Below are positions 18,495 to 26,395 of a stretch of 52,558 bases of DNA, in pieces (the stretch's first letter is position 1; every line of letters begins with the position of its first letter). Source of the DNA: a virus. Taxonomy: Duplodnaviria > Caudoviricetes. Location: IMG/VR virus record IMGVR_UViG_3300011115_000889, positions 1 through 52,558 of that record. One strand, written 5' to 3'. The translations under genes were made by a program, and so were the position numbers. The notes beneath the pieces were generated by a model. That model was given only the letters and a program-made list of their open reading frames with translations. It searched no databases and was not told where the DNA came from.

Positions 18495-19478
18495 ATGGAA
18501 CTAACCAAAGGTAGTGTTTACGCTGTAAGGGCTGACGGAGCCGAGTTAATTTTTGATTCCGTTGACGCTGACGGTTATCCATACGGCTATTTACGCCAAA
18601 ACAATGGCAAAACCAGCACTATTGGTTTATTTGATAAGTGGCAAAAGGTTGGCAATTGGACAGTTGTTCAGGCTTTCACCAAACACCTAGCAGGGCAACA
18701 TGACCAAAGTTCACACGGTAACTGGGCTAAAGTAAAAACGAGTGTTAGGCATGCTTTTGGCGTAAACGACCTTGTGCTGGAAAACGCTGATGTTCATGAA
18801 TCAAAAATTAACGGTTCAACTTTTGCAACTTATTTTGATAACAGGGACAACATTACTGAAGACCAAAAACGGGATGTGTTGGCTTTAGTTCACGATTTGC
18901 AAACAATTGCACCGCTATCACCTATGTCTGAGGTAAAAATTGTTATTAGTAATAGTGCCCTTTTTGATAACGAATTTGAACGCGGTTGGACTATTAATTT
19001 TTCTGAGCCAGAACGAATGGTATCAAGATTTGACGAAACAGTTGGCAGAACTGTTAGGGAAATGAAAAAACCTGCTATTCACCAAGTTATTATTGCGGTT
19101 CGCCCCGAAGACATGAATCATTATGCTGATGAAGATACTGCTCGCCAGAGTTGGATGCCTTCGGCAGGGGCTAAACAATTTTTTGCTATGGAATACTTTT
19201 TGGCTCACGAATGGGGTCACGCAACTGATTATGATGCACTATTTCATAAAGGTGGTGACGGAACAATGTCGGGAAGTGGTTACAAAGATGAAAAAACTAC
19301 AGGTTTGATGTTGATGGCTCACGAAGACCAGTTAAGTCCGTATGGTAAAACCGATACTGGCGAGGGTTATGCTGAAGCGTTTGCTGAATGGTTTATGACC
19401 GATGGTAAGTCTGAGATTCCTATCGTTAAGGCTTTGGCTAAAGAACATAATTGGGGTATGCAGTACAAATGGAAGTAG
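18495..19478 (+). CDS. tagged zincin metallopeptidase with N-terminal ~60-aa partner domain
   Basis: 1 tag; HEWGH, LSPYG..EGYAEAFAEW. Confidence 0.8.
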   Translation: MELTKGSVYAVRADGAELIFDSVDADGYPYGYLRQNNGKTSTIGLFDKWQKVGNWTVVQAFTKHLAGQHDQSSHGNWAKVKTSVRHAFGVNDLVLENADVHESKINGSTFATYFDNRDNITEDQKRDVLALVHDLQTIAPLSPMSEVKIVISNSALFDNEFERGWTINFSEPERMVSRFDETVGRTVREMKKPAIHQVIIAVRPEDMNHYADEDTARQSWMPSAGAKQFFAMEYFLAHEWGHATDYDALFHKGGDGTMSGSGYKDEKTTGLMLMAHEDQLSPYGKTDTGEGYAEAFAEWFMTDGKSEIPIVKALAKEHNWGMQYKWK

Positions 19479-19487
19479 TGATTTAGT

Positions 19488-21560
19488 ATGTTGCAGAGTC
19501 CCCCAATGATTTCGGGTCAAAAAATTAGTTGTACTTTTGGCTTAGATAAATCTGTTGAAAAACATTTACAAGGCCAGCACAATCAGTCAACTCACGGTTC
19601 TTGGGCTGACCACGCATGGGGTAATCGTTTTGAACCTGTTGCTGGTTGGAAACCATCAGATGATAAATCGCAGTATTTAACTTTTGAGTCCACTATCCGT
19701 GGTGTAAGAATTACAGCAAATTTTAAATCTTTACAGGATTTCAAAGTATCAAAAGAAAATGATGCAGAAATTCAAAAGTATGTAAATGCTGTTTTGTTAC
19801 AAGTAAATGAGTTGGCTGAACATGCTCCTTTGCCAAAAAATACTGTGCTTAGAATTTTTGTTGGTGATGAGGCTTTAGCGACTGCTCCTACAGCAAGCGG
19901 TGAACCAGTTCCAGTAGGAGTAGCAGGGTTGCATCGTGGTGGCTGGGATACGGTAGCCAACAAGTCAGGTTCGTTAATTTATGTTGCTTCTACTGAATTT
20001 TTTGATAAACCAGATTTTAGCAAAAGACCAACAGACAGTTTTATGCCATCTATGCAAAATGTTGAGTACAAAGGACAATACTGGTTGGCTCATGAGTACG
20101 GTCATGCTAAACAAATGCGAATAAATCAAACTAACAATGATGTTGACACAGCCAATACTTATGCACTTTGGCAAAGATGCAAACTTGATTTAAGCACTTA
20201 TGGGCAAAAAAATTCTCATGAAGGTTTTGCGGAAGCGTTTTCTGATTGGTTTTTGAGTAAAGGTAAAAGCGATAATCCAGCAACTTATCTTTATGCTTAC
20301 GAAGGTCAATGGGCTTTTGACCGACAACCTGAATACGGTCAAAATGAAGTGTTAAAAAGCAAAACCAATAAAGACAATACTGTTTACACAATTGAAAACA
20401 TTTGTGATTTTGGTGAAGGTTTAAATAAACCTATTGCTAAATCGGTGTTTATTGTTCCCCCGTTAAGTTTTGTTAAACATTTAGCAGGGCAACATGACCA
20501 AAGTTCACACGGTAACTGGGCAGATGGCGGACCTGTTGCTGAAGGTGAGTACGGTCAATGGGGTGCTGAACGCCAACGCATGATTTTGAGCATGAAAGAT
20601 AAGGGCCCAAACATGTCGTGGTTGAATCGAATTAAAGAGTTATCAGATGCTTCTGTTGAAATTGGGGATAGGGCTAGGGATTGGGTTGATGGTAAAAATA
20701 ACGCTTATTGGAAACTTCAGTTATTAAATTATTTGGATGTTCGTGCTGTTGAACATCAAGGGGATTCGTCACTTATTGAAGAGTTTACAGATAATTTTTA
20801 TCAAAGAAACGCTGGAAGAATTTTATTAGATGCTGGTGACGAGTTTGCAAGCGGATTAAAACGAACCCTTAAAGAAATTTATAACATGGATTACAATTAC
20901 ATTAATGGTAAAAGACAAGACGAAACCATTAAAAGCAGGATTTTAGATGTTGAAGTTAATTTAGATGAGGGCACTATTAATGTAGAGGGTGGTGTTTACA
21001 ATCAATTTGATGACCAAATTGGTGAATTTGAAAGAACACTTAACACGACCACTGGAGTTGTTTCACATGATGTTTTAAACATTTGGGATTCTGATTATAA
21101 CAATACTGGGTTTGGAACTGTTTTTATTACTCAATCCGAAAACTATTACATCAGTCACGGTTTCAATGCTATTACTTTAGATACGGCTTGGAATGGTGCT
21201 TATACATGGGCAAAAATGGGCTACGATTGGTCGGGAAATCATCCGCAGGATTGGCGAGATGTCAGAAAAAACTTAACTGACCGTTTAACTCTTATTCCAG
21301 ATGAGCCAGAAAATAAACCAATTAGGGACGACATTCAAACTATGATTACTCGGTTGTATGGGGATTCTTTGGCTTCAGATTTCCCAACTCCGTATGACAT
21401 TGCAATGGTTGGCTACGGCGATGGAACAAATGGGTTGGGCGGAAAAGATTTGACCATGTGGCTTGGCAAAAGCATTTTATCAAATCAAAGATACCATTAC
21501 AAAAAGAAGTTAAATGTTGCACCTCGGCAAATCATAAGTAAGGGAATTGATAATGAATAG
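19488..21560 (+). CDS. tagged polyprotein: zincin peptidase + GNAT-like domain
   Basis: 2 tags; HEYGH, LSTYG..EGFAEAF; YNNTGFGT, GAYTWAKMGYDW. Confidence 0.75.
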   Translation: MLQSPPMISGQKISCTFGLDKSVEKHLQGQHNQSTHGSWADHAWGNRFEPVAGWKPSDDKSQYLTFESTIRGVRITANFKSLQDFKVSKENDAEIQKYVNAVLLQVNELAEHAPLPKNTVLRIFVGDEALATAPTASGEPVPVGVAGLHRGGWDTVANKSGSLIYVASTEFFDKPDFSKRPTDSFMPSMQNVEYKGQYWLAHEYGHAKQMRINQTNNDVDTANTYALWQRCKLDLSTYGQKNSHEGFAEAFSDWFLSKGKSDNPATYLYAYEGQWAFDRQPEYGQNEVLKSKTNKDNTVYTIENICDFGEGLNKPIAKSVFIVPPLSFVKHLAGQHDQSSHGNWADGGPVAEGEYGQWGAERQRMILSMKDKGPNMSWLNRIKELSDASVEIGDRARDWVDGKNNAYWKLQLLNYLDVRAVEHQGDSSLIEEFTDNFYQRNAGRILLDAGDEFASGLKRTLKEIYNMDYNYINGKRQDETIKSRILDVEVNLDEGTINVEGGVYNQFDDQIGEFERTLNTTTGVVSHDVLNIWDSDYNNTGFGTVFITQSENYYISHGFNAITLDTAWNGAYTWAKMGYDWSGNHPQDWRDVRKNLTDRLTLIPDEPENKPIRDDIQTMITRLYGDSLASDFPTPYDIAMVGYGDGTNGLGGKDLTMWLGKSILSNQRYHYKKKLNVAPRQIISKGIDNE

Positions 21561-21786
21561 AGATACAAAAATGGCAACCATGAGTTCCGTTTATGATGCT
21601 TGGGTTTCAAAGTACAAAAATGTTGCTAGTTTTAATCCCGAAAACCCCACTTCTGAACAATCTTTAGATTTTCATGAAATGTGTTCTGAAGCAGTTGGTG
21701 GTAAAAAACTTACTGCTTATCCACCTGAACTTATGGACAATCTTATGAAATTGCCTTTCTATAGCATTGACCCTGCCGATAATTAA
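21547..21786 (+). CDS. small protein, candidate partner/immunity protein for the upstream GNAT-like domain
   Basis: 79-aa ORF overlapping the upstream stop; no tag. Confidence 0.6.
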   Translation: MIMNRDTKMATMSSVYDAWVSKYKNVASFNPENPTSEQSLDFHEMCSEAVGGKKLTAYPPELMDNLMKLPFYSIDPADN

Positions 21787-21848
21787 GCGAGTTGCCCTTT
21801 TGAGGTATTACCTTTGGGGTATTCTTGATTAGTTGTTGAGGAGGTTTT

Positions 21849-22589
21849 GTGTCACGCATTGCACGGCTCGCTAAATTTATTGGGCTTGTTGAGTCTTCTG
21901 ATGCTGTCCTGATTAAACATCTTGCTGGTCAACATGACCAATCTACCCATGGCAACTGGGCTGAAGATGCATTTGATGATTTAGCAACTTGGGCTGAAAC
22001 TGCCGACAGTGAAATTGCTACAGATTACGATAAAAGAGATGCAGTATGGAATAGAACCCTGCGACAACAAGTTAAAAACGGGTTTTCTGCTAAAACACAT
22101 CCTGAATTTTTGCCAGCAATTGAACTTTATCTTAGTGAAGACGGTTACGAAATTAATAAATTGTTGCGTACTGGTTTTGTTCGTGACTTTGTAACATTGA
22201 GTTTTAACGATGCTATTGATGGTCTTGACACCGCAATTGATGAGGCTCCACCATTAGAAAAACCTGTCATTGCCTATCGTGGAGTTAAAGGTGCTGGTCT
22301 TGATTTTTTTGAAAATTTAAAAATTGGTGATTCTTTTGAAGACAAAGGTTATGCATCAACAACTTTAAGTGCTACAACCGCAAGTGAAGATTTTGCTGGG
22401 GCTGATTATGGTGACGGAATGGTATTACAAATGCATTTACCAGAAGGAACTCAGTGTCTTTTTCCGTCTGAATTTGTTGGCGATGATGGTTTTACATGGT
22501 CTGAAAGAGAATTATTGTTGCCTAGAGATTCTATTTTCAAAGTAACTAACATTCGTGGTCGTATCATAGACATGGAAGTTGAGCAATGA
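21849..22589 (+). CDS. tagged VIP2-type ADP-ribosyltransferase
   Basis: 1 tag; YEINKLLR, AYRG, GYASTT, ERELLL (R-S-E). Confidence 0.88.
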   Translation: MSRIARLAKFIGLVESSDAVLIKHLAGQHDQSTHGNWAEDAFDDLATWAETADSEIATDYDKRDAVWNRTLRQQVKNGFSAKTHPEFLPAIELYLSEDGYEINKLLRTGFVRDFVTLSFNDAIDGLDTAIDEAPPLEKPVIAYRGVKGAGLDFFENLKIGDSFEDKGYASTTLSATTASEDFAGADYGDGMVLQMHLPEGTQCLFPSEFVGDDGFTWSERELLLPRDSIFKVTNIRGRIIDMEVEQ

Positions 22590-24727
22590 AAAATAAATTT
22601 TATTATGATTCACCCCAAGGTTTATCACTTGTAGTTTCTAAACACCTTCAAGGGCAACACGACCAAGCCACTCACGGTAACTGGGCTGGGCATCATGGGC
22701 AAGCAGTTGACCGTAAAAATACTGCCCAAGGCAATCCTTATCCTCATCCAATTCAAACCGCTTACGACAATGTTGTGGCTGGAAAAGAAGGAATTGTTAG
22801 CCCAATTGACGCTCCTGCATGGTTGGATGCTATGGCTGACCGTACCGATAATCCTGATTTAACTAATTTGGAAATCCTTGGTACGCAGTATTTTACTAAA
22901 GATAATTTGGGCATTATGCGTGACCACATGCCTCAGATTCCTCCTGATACTCAAGAGGCTTTTATTAAGGCTATGCAGGCCCGTGGTGTCCGAGTTGATT
23001 TGGTTGATGTTACGCCTTTTGGTTTGCATCCGATTCAGGCTGAAATTTCGGCTACTAAATCTGGAAAAATTTTTCGGAAAATGAAAAAAGAAGGAGTTGA
23101 CGATACTCCTATTGTTGTTTCTAGTGATGATTTTGTGATTGATGGGCATCATCGTTGGGCCGCTGGACTTTTCCTTGGTTTGTCCCCTAAGCATAGAAAC
23201 ATTAAATTAAAGGCTTTGCGTGTTGACATGCCACAGGAGCAGTTGCTGGATGTGGTTTTGGCGTGGAATAAGGCTGTGGGTATTTCCTCTATTGCTTTGG
23301 GTGCTGATGTAAAAGATTCTATGAAAAAGATGTTGGCGTTTGACATTGCGGTGTTAAAAGGTAAGATTAAATCAACCGAGGTTGAGAAACATCTTCAAGG
23401 TCAACACGACCAGTCAACTCACGGACGCAGGTTCAACACCGAAGTTGCACCAGAAGTCGTTCATGATGTGCTGGCTCAAGTAGCCGAAAACGGTGGATTA
23501 TCAATCAAGTTAACAGACGGCTCACTACCTCCTGACGGCTACATGGTGTCAAGGAATAGTGAAAAGTTTGGCACTGTTGTCATGGCATCGGATTTCTTTA
23601 ACGAGAAAAAAGGAGCCAAGATTCTGGGTGCGTTTTTGATTAAGAACAAGGCAGAGTTGGGTTCTGGTAGGGCTTATCTTGGTGTGTGGCATGAAACATC
23701 TAAGACGGTTAATGGTGTAACGGTTGAGATACCAAAAGACCAGCAACGAGTTCATTTGGATGTTACAGACAAAATTGTTAGCAAGAAGCAAGCAGTTTCG
23801 TTGGGTAGAAGGCGTAACCAAATTAGTATTTGGGATGTCGTAAACTTTGACGAGATTCAAACAGGAGGTACTGGTGGAACAGTCGAAAAAGGAAATTATA
23901 AACATAGCCTCATCCCCGAAACCGTTGAATCAGATGACGGACGAGGAAATTATGGATTGGGCGGAAAAGATTTACGGGAAGTTACCGAAGCCTCAGTAAT
24001 TGTTCAGGTTCCTGTTAGTTCTTTTTTTACTAAACACCTTCAAGGGCAACATGACCAAAGTTCACATGGTTCGTGGGCTGGTGGTTCCAAAATCCCAATG
24101 GTTGATGAGTTTGCTGATGCTTGGATAGGTGGAACAGACAAGTATCCATTTGCTTATCTTGATGAAATTCGTGGTGCTTACAGGGTATTAACAGATGTTG
24201 CAGATAATTTTTATCCAAAAATGGATGAAAATGGCAGGGTGCAACCAAATTATAAAGAAGTTTTTGATTCAACTAAACAAATTCTTTTAGCCTTGGCAGA
24301 TGCTAAACCATTGAGTGAAACAATGTATAGGGGTTTATCTTTAAGTCAATTTGATTCTGGGCATGTTGAAAAATTGACAACTGTTGGTTCTACATTTAAA
24401 GAAGACCTTGCATCTTGGACTCCTGATGAAGGATTGGCAAAAACTTTTTCGCAAGAACGCTATGGTAGAAAAGCGGAAACATCTATTTTGATAAAAATTG
24501 ATGGGTTGCGTGGGATACCTTTGACTCCTCATACAAGCAATAAAAGCGAAGAAGTGTTAAGTGGCAAAGAAGTCATTGCTTCTGGTTCATACACAGTTTC
24601 TAAAGTTATAAAAACTAGCAATAATTCTTATGAAGTGACAGTGATTCAAAATCAGTTGCCCTATGACCCATTGGTTGTTGCGTCTAAAAATTTCAATACA
24701 GAAGAAGAGGGCGTTTTCATAAGATGA
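22586..24727 (+). CDS. tagged polyprotein: ParB/Srx-like + unknown domain + ADP-ribosyltransferase
   Basis: 3 tags; PIVVSSDDFVIDGHHRWAA; YLGVWH..HLDV..NQISIWD; MYRGL, LASWT, KEVI. Confidence 0.78.
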   Translation: MKNKFYYDSPQGLSLVVSKHLQGQHDQATHGNWAGHHGQAVDRKNTAQGNPYPHPIQTAYDNVVAGKEGIVSPIDAPAWLDAMADRTDNPDLTNLEILGTQYFTKDNLGIMRDHMPQIPPDTQEAFIKAMQARGVRVDLVDVTPFGLHPIQAEISATKSGKIFRKMKKEGVDDTPIVVSSDDFVIDGHHRWAAGLFLGLSPKHRNIKLKALRVDMPQEQLLDVVLAWNKAVGISSIALGADVKDSMKKMLAFDIAVLKGKIKSTEVEKHLQGQHDQSTHGRRFNTEVAPEVVHDVLAQVAENGGLSIKLTDGSLPPDGYMVSRNSEKFGTVVMASDFFNEKKGAKILGAFLIKNKAELGSGRAYLGVWHETSKTVNGVTVEIPKDQQRVHLDVTDKIVSKKQAVSLGRRRNQISIWDVVNFDEIQTGGTGGTVEKGNYKHSLIPETVESDDGRGNYGLGGKDLREVTEASVIVQVPVSSFFTKHLQGQHDQSSHGSWAGGSKIPMVDEFADAWIGGTDKYPFAYLDEIRGAYRVLTDVADNFYPKMDENGRVQPNYKEVFDSTKQILLALADAKPLSETMYRGLSLSQFDSGHVEKLTTVGSTFKEDLASWTPDEGLAKTFSQERYGRKAETSILIKIDGLRGIPLTPHTSNKSEEVLSGKEVIASGSYTVSKVIKTSNNSYEVTVIQNQLPYDPLVVASKNFNTEEEGVFIR

Positions 24728-25422
24728 GTGGATTAAAAGAAAGAATGTTTTTGTCTTTAATAGATGAAGAAAACGATGATGTAACTAAACATCTTGAGGG
24801 CAAACATGACCAGAGTTCACATGGTAATTGGGCTAAAAATAACGGGGTTATTCATAAACCAAATAATTTGAGTGGTGTAGCAATACCTTGGAAAACCAGT
24901 ACAGATTGGAGCGATGTTGTTCCAACGGGTGCCCCTGATGATAAACAAATTGAGTTTGGGGCAGGGTTAACTTTAGATTCTGCACCATTAGCATCAGTTG
25001 GACAAGGGAAAATTTTTACTGATAGTCAAGAAATTTCAAATTATGTTGACGGGGTTTTTGCTAAATACGGTTACGGTGACAGGGTTTGGAAATTGTATCC
25101 TGACGAAGCAAATCAATACTTGGTTGATGGTATTGAGGCTGGAGTTACCCGTGGCGATGCTCCAGAAGGTCATGTTTTGCATGGTGGGAACATTCCTGTA
25201 TTAATTTACAAACCTTCGGGTGTTAGCCAGTTCGTTTTGTTGCATGAAATTTCTCACATTCTTGAAGGCAACTGGACAGAGGGCAATGTGAATCATGGTG
25301 GTCACAATTTGCCGTTTTTGGAAACTTGGAAATACCTTTTACGCAATGAAGGCTTGGACAAACAGGCTAATGTTTTGGATTTGTTTACTTACAAAACCGA
25401 TGGCAATGGGGTGTTTTCATGA
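24724..25422 (+). CDS. tagged SprT-like metallopeptidase
   Basis: 1 tag; LLHEISH...GHNLPF. Confidence 0.75.
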   Translation: MSGLKERMFLSLIDEENDDVTKHLEGKHDQSSHGNWAKNNGVIHKPNNLSGVAIPWKTSTDWSDVVPTGAPDDKQIEFGAGLTLDSAPLASVGQGKIFTDSQEISNYVDGVFAKYGYGDRVWKLYPDEANQYLVDGIEAGVTRGDAPEGHVLHGGNIPVLIYKPSGVSQFVLLHEISHILEGNWTEGNVNHGGHNLPFLETWKYLLRNEGLDKQANVLDLFTYKTDGNGVFS

Positions 25423-26261
25423 TTTTAGATGAAGTAACTTTTGATGTGGTGTACCCAGATTTGGGTGTTAAGCATGGTGTCAGAGTTGAAAAGCATTTGC
25501 AAGGCAAGCATGACCAATCCAGCCATGGCAGTTGGGCACAAGGTACGCATTTAAATGCGGTCAAAGGTGGGCACAGTTTAACTACTAGGGAAATGCTGGA
25601 GTTACGAAAAAATACTTATGACCCATTGCAAAATAAACTTTATTATGCTGAAAGTTTGTTAAAAGAAAAAGTAATGGGTAAAGACCATTACGATGAATTA
25701 GAAAAAAATCAACCACAAGCACCACAAAGTAGTGATTTTGAATCACGGGACGATTATGTAAAAGCGTTTAAAGATTACAAAAAAGCCCACACTGTTTGGG
25801 CTAGAGAAATACATAAATTTGTTGTTTCGGATTTAGGTAAAGAAAATTTGAATGGCACTTTATCTGGAGTTAAAAAATACATTAATGCTGTTATTTATGA
25901 CCCTTGGTTTGTTGAAAATTTTGGTGACGGAAAACAGTTAAGAAGTAAGTTGGAAATTAAATTAAGTAATTCAATGACTTTGGCTGGGTCGTATTCTTAT
26001 GGTGTGATTGTTAGCCGCATTACTGGCATTGAAAAAACTTCAAGCGAGTTTAAGTTAGATACGCATTATACTTTTAGTGAAAACACTATTTTGCATGAGA
26101 TTGCTCACTATGCCACGGCTATTAGTGAGGATACTCCTCATGCGTCCCACGGTGTTGAGTTTGCCCAAAATCTTGTAACGCTTGCTGACCATTATTGGGG
26201 TGCAGAGTTGGGTGCTAGTTTGCGTAATTTTTATGTTCAAGAAGGTGTTTTAAATGGATAA
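25419..26261 (+). CDS. tagged SprT-like metallopeptidase
   Basis: 1 tag; TILHEIAH...SHGVEF. Confidence 0.78.
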   Translation: MILDEVTFDVVYPDLGVKHGVRVEKHLQGKHDQSSHGSWAQGTHLNAVKGGHSLTTREMLELRKNTYDPLQNKLYYAESLLKEKVMGKDHYDELEKNQPQAPQSSDFESRDDYVKAFKDYKKAHTVWAREIHKFVVSDLGKENLNGTLSGVKKYINAVIYDPWFVENFGDGKQLRSKLEIKLSNSMTLAGSYSYGVIVSRITGIEKTSSEFKLDTHYTFSENTILHEIAHYATAISEDTPHASHGVEFAQNLVTLADHYWGAELGASLRNFYVQEGVLNG

Positions 26262-26358
26262 TTATTTAATCGTTTCTAACATTGACCCTATTGACCCTGA
26301 TTGCATTCCTGAGCGAATAAAACTTGAAGAATTGCCTGAGCCGAGAAAACCAGAATAG
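26254..26358 (+). CDS. 34-aa acidic peptide (MDNYLIVSNIDPIDPDCIPE...), candidate peptidase inhibitor
   Basis: Hand translation; overlaps the upstream stop, GAAGG RBS. Confidence 0.5.
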   Translation: MDNYLIVSNIDPIDPDCIPERIKLEELPEPRKPE

Positions 26359-26395
26359 TTAATTTTGTTTGCTATTCTGTCGGGGAGGAGTTCAA

